Shown here: positions 25,742 to 38,750 of the stretch, one piece after another
Layout: every line of letters begins with the position of its first letter
How positions within the stretch are numbered: position 1 is the stretch's first letter
Assembly (NCBI GenBank): GCA_050084515.1
Contig: CM114271.1
Coordinates: 22,506,001 to 22,570,000, forward strand
Direction of reading: 5' to 3'
Length of the DNA stretch: 64,000 nt
Origin: Blasia pusilla
Lineage: Eukaryota
Notes under the pieces: generated by a model
Seen by the model: only the letters and a program-made list of their open reading frames with translations
Database searches by the model: none
What the model was told of the DNA's origin: nothing
Position numbers and translations under genes: made by a program

Positions 25742-27759
25742 TGTCGTGACCCTCATAACCAAATGAGCGCCAAACGAAACATCAAAACTCTAATAGGCTC
25801 ATGCTAGGATGGTTTGCATGTTGGAGAGGTCTCTTGAAAGAGACACAAGATATGAGTCGCGAACAAGTTGAGCGTTTCATGTGTTTATGGTCGCGACTAG
25901 GAAAGGTGAACCAACACTCGAGAGGAGTTGAGTCTAGGAAGAAAGGATGCCAAAGAGGTGAGAACCGGATTTGGAATGTGGCTAGCTAGCGTTTGGGGTT
26001 TTGACTATATTTCGGACCAAAAAACTGAACCCTGAGATGCATTTGGGATAAATAAGATGGCTTCACAAAGCTTATGCAAAGCTGGTTGAACGCACCAAAG
26101 ATCTCAGCAAACGCACAAGCAGAGGCAGAGAAACTTCCCAAAAATGATTGTATAGGGAGTCAGGTTAAGGGCCAAATAGAGGGGCACGAGAGTCTATTCC
26201 CAAAAGATAGGGGGAGGTTAGGGAACCTCAGAAGTTCTAGTAAGGGGGAAGGTCTCCAAGCGTGCTTGGGATTCAAACCCCACTTAGGGGCGCCATGGGG
26301 AAAACTAAGGGCACGGAATGGATTGGGAGTTTGACATTGGGATTCAAAACCCGAACCAAGCCCAGTAGAATGGATTTCGTTGGCCACTATTGGATTCCAA
26401 CCCGCGACTCATTTAGTTGGGTGTCGAGTAGAGCCTCACGCGAGGTCCATTGAACAGTTGCGACCGCCAAGTGTCCAAACGCCGTTTTAGGTGTCTAGAT
26501 TATCTAGAAAGTTTGTCCCAAATCTAGGAAAACTTGTAATGTTATGCACTTACTCCTCTTGAACGTCAATCTTTAGTGTTGCGGAAGCGTACGTTCAATA
26601 GGACAAGCTCTATTCGCCGATCTGCACCTAAACATACTCACATTAGTTTGGTCTAGCTCAATGTGCCTTCCAACCCACCAAGTTCTCAACTCGACACCTC
26701 ATCAAGCTCAACCTTCCCTAATTCCTATCTTCCCAACACGAGCAAGTCTTCCGAGACTTGGGACAGACTTTCTGGTTAGTCCAAGCATCTAAAACGGCGT
26801 TTGTATGCTTGGCAATCCCAACTGTCCGACCTCGCATGAACCCCCCAACCCGAGACCCAAAAATATGAATAGCGGGTTGGAATCCAATAGGGTCCTCCGA
26901 AATCCACTCTATTGGATTTGGTTCGGGTTTTGAATCCCAACGCCAAAACTCCCAATCTATTCCGTGCCCTTAGGTCGCTCCGCGACACCCCAAGTGGGGT
27001 TCGAGTCCCAAGCACTTTTAGAGACCTTCCCCCTTACTAGTACTTCTGCGGATCTCCGCCCTCCGCCTACCTTTGGGGAAGAGACACTCGGGCCCCTCTT
27101 TTTGGCCCTCAACCCCACTCCCCGTATAGTCATTTTTGGCCAATATCTTAGCCTCTACTCGTACGTTTACTGAGATCTTTGATGCGTTAGAAGTGGCTTT
27201 GCATAAGCTTTACAACGCCTTCTTACTTGTTCCAAACGCATATCAAGACTAAAAGTCATGGTCCAAAATACAATCGAAACCCCAAACGCTAGTCACGTTT
27301 CAAATCTGGTTCTCACCTCTTTGGCAACCAACTTACCCTAGACTCGACTCCTCTAAAGTCTTTGGTCCACCTTTGGTCCATGTTTCCTAGTTGCGACCAT
27401 AAAAATATGAAACGCTCAACCTTGTTCGCGTCTTATCTCTTGTGTCTCTTGCGTCTCTTCCAAGAGACCAATCCAACATGCAAACAATCCTAGTGCGAGC
27501 CCGCTAGAGTTTGGATGTTCCGCTTGGCGCTCGTTTGGTTATGCGGGTCGCGACATGCCCGTATTGGGAAGTGAGGAACTAGGAAGGTTGAGCTTGATGA
27601 ATTTCCGAGTCGAGAACTCGGTGGGTTGGAAGGTTAATTGATCGAGGCCAGATTAACGTGAGCATGTTTGGGTGCAGATCCGTAGTGAGAGCGTGTCTTA
27701 CTGAACGTACGATTCCGTAACATTAAAGATTGACGTTCAAGGGAAGTAGGCGCACGGCA
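25742..27759 (+). mobile_element. Solo LTR of about 1 kb, interrupted by an inverted copy of itself
   Basis: TGTCGTGACCC...GCGCACGGCA termini; flanks ATTTA/ATGTA (5-bp TSD, 1 mismatch). 25742-26537 plus 27556-27759 align to the reverse complement of 26540-27555. Confidence 0.75.
26540..27555 (-). mobile_element. Nested solo LTR of the same family, opposite orientation
   Basis: TG...CA termini; full-length inverted homolog of the flanking copy. TSD degenerate. Confidence 0.75.
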
Positions 27760-28058
27760 ATGTAGGCATATATTTCTTGTATCTTCAAAATACAAAAACA
27801 ATTTCATACAAGCCAAATCCTCATTGAATGATGCAAGTGACTCCACACAAAAAGAAATGATATTTTAATGTACATTCCATACTCTTATCCAAAAAATAAA
27901 AAATGTATTTCAAGGTCTCTCATTGTGGTCATTTTGATTCTAAGAATAAGGCGAAAAAGAAATGACTATTCTAATTTAAAATACTCTCACATCTACCAAA
28001 TCATGGAACTCACCTTCAAGAGAAGAAGAAAAGAGCTTTCTGGCAGATTGTCACAAAA

Positions 28059-28533
28059 TGAGAAATGTGCAACCAAGTGCCCGTTTACCCGAAATACTCT
28101 TGCCACCAAAACAAAGGAGACAAAAACAAGGAGGAGAAAACGAAGCCCTCCGTTCGGGGGCTCCGTTCTAGCCAAGCCCCATGTCCGTTCCAACTCCGTT
28201 TGTGGGGAGCCGGAACGGAATACAAATACTTGGGCGATATGCCTCCAGTCCAGACGCAGGCAAATGGCCTCCATATGAATCGGGTAAGAAACTGATCCTC
28301 GACGGAGATAGGCACTTCCAAACTTAGAGAGAGTTTCCATCACGGAAGTCTCCGCAGTTTCCATGGATAATTCGTAAGTAGGGCGGTTAAAATCGTCGTA
28401 AGAGTAGTGAAATGGGGAGGCCCCAAAGGGAGGGCTTCGTTCTCTCCCCCTTGTTTTCTTCTCCTTCGCCTTGACCCTACAAAGAGGGTGGCAAGAGTAC
28501 TTAGGGTAGACGGGCACGTGATTGCACATTTCC
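28059..28533. mobile_element. Non-autonomous long-TIR element (MITE/MULE-like)
   Basis: About 100-bp imperfect inverted arms: GAAATGTGCAACCAAGTGCCCGTTTACCC..TACTCTTGCCACC..ACGAAGCCCTCC (28059-28160) versus 28421-28533. Confidence 0.65.
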
Positions 28534-29055
28534 CATTCGAGCCCCATTTCGTCGTAAAATTTACCGTAAGTTTCAGAGAGTATTTTCCATTGCTGAACTC
28601 TTGAGGCGTAATTTTATTACCTCTTCATGAATTTACAAGAGTAATGTCCATAGCTGGACTCTTGAGGTGAAAATTGAGCCTATACCACAGTTGCACGAAG
28701 GCACTTGCTTAATTTTACTACCTCTTCATGAACTCCAAAGTATGTCTTCCTCTGACTTCTCTTACGCAATGATTGCTCTTCAAGAGCTTCAAATAAATTT
28801 ATAGATGGTGTGACGGCTCATGGCCACTATTTGATGAAGCAGCAAAGTCTCAAAGATACACAAACTTGTGCCTACATCATTGAAAACACTTCTACTACTC
28901 TTCACAACATCATGAGTTTGCCCTTCCAATGGAGCAGGGCCCTCATTTGGGTAGAGAAGTTGTAGGTAGTACGACCAATTCTGGTATGCTATGAAGTAGT
29001 GAACACTGTAATGTTCAGTGATTCACTGGCCGATACCGACACATTTCTGAGGTTA

Positions 29056-30999
29056 TCATTTCTCAATTGGAGCTGGCTCTGCTTTCTTCTCAAGTACCTT
29101 CTCCAAAAAGCTCACCACAGTGGATACAGCAGCTTCATCTGGATCACATACCCCAAAAATAGATTGAGCATTCACAAATCCACACATCATGAAAGCAAAA
29201 GACGGAATTTGATGATCTCTCAGAACCCAAATGATGGCAACCCCAGGCACAAAATATTGACAAGAAAGAAAGCACGGCCGACTGCATCAAGTACCATGAG
29301 CCTTGCAGACTTCAGAACTAAGAAACGCACCTAATCTGGGAACGGTGTGGCCCTGGGGATTCCTCAGGAGAACTGGATCCTTCCAGTATTGAAGAAATTC
29401 TTCAGCAGGTATCCTCATAAAGTCTTTGTCACCTGTTCGAACGAAGTTGACCACATTACCCAAAACTCATAAGTTGTACGCACTAAAGTGCATATATCAT
29501 ATGAAGCCAAACAAAGAGACCCCACTCAAACCTTCAAAACTAGTTCGCTCAGAGAAATAGCCCTACATAATGCAGTGGTAAGGTGGGAAGGAAAGCTGAA
29601 CATTTGTGCCTCATTTGTGAAATACAAGACAGCGTACAAGACAGTTCCATGAAATACACGGTGCTGGGAGTGCTCACAAATCAGAAGGTGAGGACCAAAA
29701 TGATTCCACAACCCAGAAATGAGACGAAACAAATGGAAAAGAGGCACATCTAACATATCAGCCACGATGATGTCCCACACATGACTCACCAATCATATGT
29801 AGTGATGAGCAGTCTATGGGTGGCGTGTAAACTTCCACAATGCCCTTATCTCTCAGATATGCTCCAGCTATAGATATGTAAAACTGAAGGCGAGGAAGGG
29901 CTGCTAGTGACTTTCCCTTCATCACTTTCCCCTTCAAAGACCAATATCAGACACCTTTTGTTAAGGGGAGATGTGATGCTGCCAAAACTCCGTCCTTCCA
30001 ACTAGCTACTCTCTATTGGCGACAAGCTCAAGCCAAAACAAACAAAAGTCAAATGCAATTTCTGTCTGTCCTGTTCTCACCAGAGCATACATAGAGGAAA
30101 AAGCGAATAGGGACTATGGAGGTTTCAGCACCCGCATAAAACATGAGTTACAAACGTCCTACATTGGAAGAACACTGCCCTGCCCGTACCTTATCTTGAC
30201 AAGCAACTAAACAACCGCCCAGAACGCAACCCTGCAGGAACGCATTCTCAAAGGTCAGGTATGATAGCTGGAGTTCTGGAATGAAAACAGGATGATACCG
30301 TTAGCGAATTTCAAACCTGTTTCAGATTGTTTGAGAAGAACATAAAAGGTTCTACTCTTGCAACCTCCGTGTCCTATCTGAAGTTGTTTTTACAAGGCAC
30401 CAACGAGCTAAGCATCTGATGAGAAGAATAATTTCTTACCTGTGAAAATCCGATCAAGCCATCAAAAGGTCCATTCTTCTCCATATAATCAGCTATGAAA
30501 GCTATCGCATCCTCGTAGTTGTAAAATTCAGTGAAGTCCTGCATTTCGAGACCAGCACTAGTGATTCATAAACTTGCATGCATCAGAGCGTATGTGATCT
30601 GCTTCAGCATTCAATTGCAACCGAGGATCCTTCCATCTCTTCTGAAAACATTTCGTCACTGCTTTAAACATCAATTGGAGAGAACATTCAGCTGAACTCT
30701 TCCCGTTACAGTCTTTCGACGCACCTCAATTGTCTGGATTAGGAGCTAGCTTGATAGACAAGAGGCGATTAAAGCAAACTAACTTAGAACTTCCAAGCTG
30801 ATGTTAACTGTTCAGCTCCAAGAAAGATAGCAAAAGGTTTCAGGACTGCAACGGTTGAAGAGCACGGTTAATCTCCACAAATCCATGAGACCAGAGGATT
30901 CACCTCATTGCTTTGCATGAATTCAAAGTAGGGTCCGGGGAAAATGGCCTCGATTTCGGAGGGGCCTTGAGCAGGGAAAGGAGCATCCAGGTATGTCTG

Positions 31000-31049
<50 letters not shown>

Positions 31050-31629
31050 CCACGTGAGAGCCATAAAAAAGCTTCATTATCTGGGTCCTATAGTCTCAGT
31101 GAGCGCATCCAAAGCCCACAACTCTTTCGGCCGAAAGAGCCAAAAAATCGCCGGTGTCTGCACTGGCTTGCTTGAACCACATGAAAACCAATTCAGATAG
31201 TCTGCCTCCATTTACGTTGAACAAAAGAGGCGTTTGTGAGAGCCTCCCATGTGTATGACAACCATGCTCACGATAATTGTTATTCCCTTGTCGGGAGAAA
31301 ATGTGCACCACAAAGGAGAACCGCATGCTGTTCCAGATGAGCCGTAACACCCTCACATCTTACAGAACCAGAACTGGGAGTCTGCCCAAAAGAGAAGACG
31401 CCGATCACATGCAATTAAAGCAGCCCAACAGTGAGCATCCGCAAACGAAGCTTTCTGCTGCAGAGACTAGCGCCACAGAAAGAGAGATCGCGATTGGAAA
31501 TCTTACGATATCCAAAAGATCATGAATGCGAGGATCCCACTTGGAGAGCTGTTTCTTCATGAAGGCACCGTTAGTCCTGAACCCATGGAAGGCCAATGCT
31601 CTCAACTTGGGCTGCCCCTCGCTCCCCAT
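29056..31629 (-). CDS. FSH1/OVCA2-family serine hydrolase (alpha/beta fold), 7 exons, about 222 aa
   Basis: Exons 31629-31507, 30996-30904, 30538-30440, 30231-30190, 29916(or 29931)-29790, 29432-29331, 29138-29056, all phase-consistent. Motifs LAFHGFRTNG, YLDAPFPA, GPFDGLIGFSQG (catalytic Ser), HMIGDKDF (Asp), GHTVP (His). Confidence 0.93.
31001..31048. repeat. (CA)n microsatellite next to the intron-1 acceptor of the hydrolase gene
   Basis: Directly visible. Confidence 0.97.
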
Positions 31630-32538
31630 GGCTCGCGGCCACGCTAAACACGCGAATTCCCCTGTGCGTGCACCGGAGAGCACCGCTCCAACGTCTCCGC
31701 CTCTGCTAACACTTCCGCAGCTCGGCAGCACCCGCTCGATTTCCCGTGTCCACACTCGAAACTCCAAAGCCCAACTCCACTCAGACTCTGCTCATCTCAG
31801 CCCAGCCCCATAGGATCATCTACCATCGCCGGCGACGTTTCCGTTTTTTTGCAATCATTGGCGTGGCTCCCGGTCCGACGGGCGGCTGCATAGTTAGTTC
31901 ATTCATTCATTCACCAGCTCGCTCGCTTGAGTACAAAACAAGACGAATGACCGGTTCCACTCGGGAACACGTGAAAAATGGACTCGCATCCCATATCATA
32001 CAAACAAATATTTTCTAGTCGGTGCACGGGTCGAAGGACAAGTCCTCCTCGACATACGCCAAAAAGTCCTCTCTCTCGTACCAAAGGTCCTTCTCCCACC
32101 CTTTTAGATGAAACTAGTACCCAGGCCTTATATTACTTCTCATAATTAAATCTCACAATTCTCAAATGTATTTGAATCCGTTTCAAGTAACTTTATTAGA
32201 TTGTAAAGTCCAAGATATTATTGGTTGAAAGCGTCAAATGTCGAAAGGAGAGGAGCTTGTAAAATGAAGAAGCATTCTCCAATAATAATATAGATTACAT
32301 TTGTCGCAATATGAAAACACATACCAAGAGATAGTTGTCAAATAAGGAGATTCAGGTTGTCTTATTATTTTTGGGGAGTATTATTTAATTTTCAAACTCC
32401 TTTTTTATTGGCCCTCTTAACCAAGAGGATTGTTCAATTTCTCTTCCAACTTCTAAACAAAATTGAAAGATAAATTAAAGATTTTGGGATTTAATCAAGT
32501 TATTAATCACGGATAATTATAGAAATTAATTTAAACCA

Positions 32539-32566
32539 ACCCGTGCATTGCACATACGTATACTAG
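32539..32566 (+). mobile_element. Helitron-like 3' terminus
   Basis: ACCCGTGCATTGCAC...TACTAG|T. Confidence 0.4.
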
Positions 32567-32779
32567 TAATGAACTAAATGAACATTCATCCACATCCGTT
32601 GATTAGTTCACAATATTAACACTTTGGATAATATTGATAAATTTAATGGCGGTGAAAAAACAATTTACAAGGAGGAGAGCACCTTGAGTAATTTGCTGAT
32701 AATTATTTCAGTTTTTTCTAATCTTAGATTTGATTTTTTTTCCTTACCTAAGCTAGGGTTTGCTAAAGGTTTTGGAATT

Positions 32780-33960
32780 TTTGGACCTCCTCCTCGTATC
32801 AATATGTATGTAGCTCTCAAACCTCAATTTCACACACTGCCCTCTTTTTATAATAGGATTTTTGGTTACAATCGGATTTAGGGATTCCTCTTACTTTTCT
32901 CAATCTTTTGCTACATGGCCTAATATTACAACCTCATCCCTTGATACTAATCATCGGTGGGTGGCTTTCACTTTCTCCTCCCATCCTCTTTTTTGGTGTT
33001 TTCAATTCCCTTCATTACTTTCTCTTGGAGTATCGGTTTCAGGTATGTTTGGTGTTATTGCGATGTCTTGACAAGATAGTTTTTTTCATACCAAATGGGT
33101 TTTCTACTTTTTTTCCTTTTCTATTAGTACCAATTTGTAACAAGTTTATTTTAGGTCAATTCCTTTCATAAGTCTTTTAACACTTTATCTCACTACTTTG
33201 CCCTTGCCTATATTTGCTATCATTTTTATGGCATTCTAGATTGAAATTCTCAACCTACTTGTATTCATATCATACAGTTGCTTCTCCTTTTTTTGTAATT
33301 TCAATTATTTTATATTCTTATTAAAGTGGGTATCAATCGTAAATTTTCTTTTGTCTAATCTTTAATCTTTGGATCTAAATCTATTCTAGATGGATTCCAT
33401 TCATTTTATCATGCCTCATATCCTAATACTTCCCTTTTATTACGGTTAATTATGCATCTACTTTTCTTGATTGATATGTGTATGTTTGGTTCTATGGACT
33501 TGGAATTGGAAATGCATCTCCTTGCTTCTTTGGTTTTATATACCCTCCTTCAACCATACTCTTTTCCCTTGTTCCTACTCCTTGTCGTAGACCTCGCCAT
33601 TTTTTCTCTTGTCAATGATACTCATATATCCATTACATTCTCAACATTTCTTCCCTATACTCCTCTTATCCCGTCTTTGTCTCTTTCCATTCATCATAAT
33701 CTCAATCCATTAGTAGAAAATCCTACTACTTTGCCATCCTCACATAAGAGTTTGCTCCTATAGGGATTCAAAGACATTATATTGCTGTCAATCTATACAT
33801 CGGCCTTAAATTCCTAATCCAAGACCACCTCCTACTATAACACTTGCTTGGACATTGCTAAGCTAAATTGATCTTCAATCTCGGTCTCCCTTGTCTTAGA
33901 CTTTCCAATGTCACACGTACTCGTATTGCTCTATGCCCTATCACCCAACAAGCATTGCTT
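32780..33960 (-). mobile_element. Possible highly decayed L1-type LINE 3' fragment
   Basis: Purine-rich minus strand with a frameshifted GGLG(I)RNL-like motif near 33815 and a VC..E....H-like motif near 32830. Confidence 0.25.
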
Positions 33961-34019
33961 TTAAACTAAGTCATTTGGCATTTATGACTTGATTTTTGTG
34001 TCTCAAAGGGTAACCAATC

Positions 34020-35320
34020 ATTCCTAGTCATTGATCCGAATATATGACTCATTTGAGTCATATATCCTTGTCATAAAACCAAGGTTTTCTTCTAGCAAGA
34101 TCTTTCATTTAATCTTCCATAATGAAACCATAGTTGGGAGATTCCATTTAGGGTTTAAAATTTTCAATTCACTCTATGGATAGTCATTCCAAGACTTTGT
34201 TTTTGGTATAGAATCTTGATACCCAAGTGCATGTTATAACAAAGTTGCATGATTTACCCACTCCTATTTGGAGAGAAGGGTCAAAACAGAAGGAAGAAAG
34301 AGGAAAGAAGGGAGGGGGGAGGGCGGACTTTAAGAAGAAATATTTCAAGTGTGGTTTATATTCTCATATTCATCTTACAACATCATTATTTTGAAAATTT
34401 ATTTTCAGTAATAAAATATCCTCTTGGATTATATGAAAAATTTAGGTATTATTATATATTCTCTAATATCATTTAAAAAATATTATCAAATATTATCAAA
34501 TATTTTTAAATATTTTGCTTATTATTTTAGGTATGGAGTCCTAGCTACTTCAATATTTTTAAATGAAATAAATATGAATATAAAAATAAAATTTAAAATA
34601 AAATAATACCAATGTGAGTTTTAAAACATACAAATATACAAATGTCTTTAAATTTGCTATGGATGTACACGTAATAATTTTTAGGCTAGTGGTAGAAGAG
34701 TCCACTGTGGACCTCATGGCTTAGGTTCAAATCTTGCCCAAGCCATGTATTGGGGGAACAAGATGACAAACGGAGGATGGGATGCATGTATGGACGGATG
34801 GAGACAGGGTTCAAAGATAAATGGGGGATGGAATGCATGGTCGGACCGAGTTAATAAATTAAATGAGATTAAAAGATAGAGTTTGGCTGGAGAAGCATTG
34901 ATAGATAGAGTTAACAAATGGGATTAATGGATGGCGTGCGAATGAAGTAGAAGTTGATGGACATATTGAGGGTTGGGTGCATGGATGGATGGGATAAATG
35001 GACAAACATAATTGATGGGAAGATGGAAGGTGGGAGGAATCTAAATGGAGGATGTGTCACATATGCATGGATGGAAGGATGGACAAATGGATCGATGATG
35101 GGATATATTGTTGGCAATTTTTTTATTTTGTCCAGATCATCTATATGACATGAAAATCATAATAATATAACTTATCTTTTCATGCCATTTCAGCAAACCA
35201 TGCTAGTCATTTAAACTATGTGGAAGATATGACTTGGCTTTTGTATATCTACGAGTAATTAGTCATTTCTGGTGATATATGACTCATATGAGTCATAAAA
35301 CCAATGATTTCTTCTAGTCA
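34020..35320. mobile_element. CACTA-type subterminal remnants flanking a degenerate (GGAT)-rich tract
   Basis: Duplicated block ATATATGACTCAT.TGAGTCATA..AAAACCAA..TTTCTTCTAG at about 34040-34095 and 35275-35319. It has the same TGACT/AGTCA motifs as the ends of the 42853-55845 CACTA element. GGAT-rich tract at 34770-35105. Confidence 0.45.
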
Positions 35321-35323
35321 ATT

Positions 35324-36380
35324 GAGAATAAAGTTTGTCGTCGTCTAAAGTCTATTTAAGGACTCAATGAAGCTTGAAGGGCCTTGTCTTGCGCATACAC
35401 ATCGCTACACAACATACATGGATGGTTACATCCACACCTCCCTTATATAGGGTTGGGAAGAGCCAAAAGGCTCTTCTCCTAAAAATAGCTATCCTCTTGG
35501 TAACCTGCACGCACACGTTACTAGAGGCAGGTGACCTGCTCAACAAGTCACCCGGCTGTGAAAGACCTCAACTGGAAAGTTGTCAGAAACAACGTTCCTG
35601 ACACAACGGACTTGTCCTCAACCTCATCCGACACCTTGGGACAAAGTTACACTCAAGAGAGTCCGTTGGCTCCTATGCCCTATCCACGATAGATCTCGGC
35701 CTATCGGCTACTCAGATGTGAGAGCCTGGTATTCAAAGATTGACCAACATATGATCAATCAAGGAAACACTAGAAGCGACTCGAATCATAGTGTTTACAC
35801 TCTAAAACATCGAGTTATGATCGTCGTTTTGTATGTGGATGATATGGTCATGAGCAATAATTGTTTGTTATTTATGAAGGAGATGAAGCATGGGCTATAA
35901 GAGGCTTTTGAGATGGTTGATCTTGGAGTTTCCACGTTTCTCTTGGGAATCAATATTGTATGAGATCACCTGGCTGGTACCATCACAATTCATCAAGACA
36001 CTTTCACAAAGAATATCTTGGCTAAGTTTGGATTGAGTGAATGTAAGCTTGTTTCCATTCCTATAGAACCAAGACCAAAACTTTTAGTCTTGGTTAAGTC
36101 CATGTGTGCAAAATGTAAGAAAGAGATTCATGATATATCAATGGTTTGTTATCAAAGTGTCATAGGGAACTATCTTTCTATTTGCTCTAGACCAAACATA
36201 TCATTTACAATGGGAGTCCTTTGCAAGTACATGCATAATCCAGAACTAGGACACTTGAAAGCACTGAAAATATTATTACAGTCTTTGAGGGAAACTCCAA
36301 CACTCAGAATCACATACAGTTCAAAAACCTCCAACATATTATATGGATTTACGAATTCAGATATTACTGTTGATGAAGAC
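35324..36380 (+). mobile_element. Ty1/Copia RT relic, the outermost layer of the nest
   Basis: ENKVCR..KSI*GL..A*RA|WYSKID, VVLYVDDM, FEMVDLG..FLLGI, YQSVIG..SRPNISF, ILYGFTNSD. Interrupted at 35385-35723 and cut at 36381. Confidence 0.88.
35385..35723 (-). mobile_element. Solo terminal-repeat unit related to the DNMT-Gypsy family, 4-bp TSD GCCT
   Basis: Left end TGTCTTGCGCATACACATCGCTACACAACATACAT matches the repeat Y terminus. Right end ..TAGATCTC..AGATGTGAGA resembles the repeat X terminus. GCCT at 35381-84 and 35724-27; excision restores the Copia RAWY codons. Confidence 0.8.
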
Positions 36381-37800
36381 TGTCACGACTTTTTAGGATA
36401 GATCGGAGAGATCTGGTAGAGCGCCTTTGTGAGTAGAGGAGGACAAGCTCAAGAGGTCTGGGATGACCTATTGAGGTCCCGAGAAACCTGAGAGAGCAGG
36501 TTTCCCCTTTGTTTCGGCTCATTTGGAGCCATATAGAGAAAATTACTATTTTGGGTAAATTTTCATATTTGGTAGAGTGACTTTCCACTTTGGGAAGTGG
36601 CCCTTGACCCGCTAGAGCAGGTCAAGGGCCAAGGAGGTGACCTGCGAGCATATGTTACTGAGGAGAGAGTTTGGGGGAGGGAAGGGGGTATACCTCAAGA
36701 AGAGAGAGTTGGAGAGCTCATTCTGTCTTTGTTGAACCTCTTGGCATGAGGCGGCGTAGCTATGGTCCCTTGCCTTGTGAGTGTAACCCAAGCCTCTCAT
36801 TAGGAGAGTGGGTTTGGTTTGACATTGAGAGAGAGTGCACACATTTGAGAGCTATTGTGTTGAGAGAGATTGGATCTACTTAATTTACAAAGAGAGAATG
36901 CGTGAGTGAGAGAGCTTCATGGGGGAGCTCGTTGGTCACTCGCTGGTTTTGCAAGTTGGGGATTGTATTTCTCATATAATTTGGAGATTGGAGCACGGAG
37001 TTATAATCATTTTTGTTGGGCTGCCATAGCCACCGTTCCAAGGCGTGAATGAAAATTTGAAATTTTTGGGTTCTTTCTTGAGAGGTAGAAAAAAAATCAG
37101 TTTACTTGGTGGATAGGACAAGTTAATTTAGCTATTTGGAGGTAGGGTGAGTAGATCCCATTTTTGGGGGGTGTTGATCCTCAATCTTAGGAGGGGATTT
37201 GTGGTAAGGCATTCAATTTGCAGACGTGTCAAGAGGGGGATTGTTAAGTAAAGAAAGATAGTGGAGATCCAATTTTCCCAGGGGGTTATTCTAGTTTTTA
37301 AAAAAATAAAATTTGGCGGGGAACAACGTCTGTCCTACCACGTCCTAGACAACTGTCCCTGAGACGCGCAAACTGGCTGTGCACTTGCTACCGCGATTGT
37401 ATGCTGTGTGGCCCATCGACGCTTCAGGGCCGCAATCCGGTTGTCGAGCCTCCTAGTGCCAAAGAAAAAATGAGTTGCCATGCAGCCGTGCGCAACTCCT
37501 TCCAACCCTGCGTTACTATCGCCTGTAGAGCCGGGCATCTGACTCTCTGTCCCAGACCGCAGCGGCTATCTGTGTTCGTGGCCGACCGTTTGCATTTTTG
37601 GATTGATGGGATCTTAGTGTTTCATCCGCTTTGTTATGCCATGATTTGTAGTCGCGCGATGACAATCGAGTACCGTGCCATGATGCCCGTTGCCACAACG
37701 CGCCGCTGATTGCCACACCGTCTCGATCGCGGAGCCGCACCATCACTAGGAGAGAAGAGCGTGTAGTGCTGTTGAGAAGGGTATGCCGCTAAGTACCGCA

Positions 37801-38570
37801 TGTCGTACTCATACACATCGCTACACAACATACATCGCTGTCACCGAACATACACACAAATACACACAATCCCATGCTAACTAATGGCATCCAAACAACG
37901 AGACAAGAAGTACCAAAATATCTCCAATAAAATAAGATCCAATCTATTTCACAACACCATAGTTCTCACATGTGTGCACTCTCACATATCTCTCTCAATG
38001 TCAAACCAAACCCACTCTCCTAATGAGAGGCTTGGGTTACATTCACAAGGCAAGGGACCTTAGCCCCGCCGCCTCATGCCAAGAGGTTCAACAAAGAGAG
38101 AATGAGCTCTCAAGCTCTCTCTCCTTGAGGTATACCCCTCCCCTCTCCCAAGCTCTCTCCATGGTAACCTATGCTCCCAAGTCACCTCCTTGGCTCTGGA
38201 CCTGATGTAGGAGGTCAAGGGATACTTACCAAAAATAGAAAGTTGACCATATACTCAAAATGGTACTTACCTAAAATAGTAAGTTTCTCAACATGGCTCC
38301 AAATGAGCCGAAACGAAGGGGAAACCTTCTCTCAAGTTTCCCGGGGCCTCAACAGGTTATCCTCCATCTCCAGAGCCTTTCCTCCATAACTCGAGAAGGC
38401 GCTCTACTAGATCTCACCGATCTATTCTAGAAGATGTGACAACTATCGTGCGCATACACATCGCTACACAACATACATCATGTCACCGAACACACACACA
38501 AACACACACGATCCCATGCTAACTCATGGCATCCAAACAACGAGATAAGAAGTACCAAAATATCTCCAAT
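37801..38570 (-). repeat. 3' terminal block Y1-X2-Y2 of element B
   Basis: Y2 37801-37928 and Y1 38444-38570 are about 127-bp direct repeats. X2 37929-38441 matches X1 60496-60998. Confidence 0.9.
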
Positions 38571-38750
38571 CGCCCCCCTAGCTGGTGGTTAGGTTCCTCT
38601 AACTCCAAATAGCCATCTATCACTATCTACCATGACATACGTCTCTCGGACGCTAAGAGCAAGGAGGCCGGGTGGTCATGTGGCCCCATTGTTAGTCGCC
38701 TTCTTATCATCCATGTCACAGATACAAGTCGGAATATAGAACTACCTACG

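Noticed and set aside
27868-28604. 136-aa and 184-aa ORFs on opposite strands sharing peptide motifs
   Set aside because: The similarity is explained by the inverted repeat arms.
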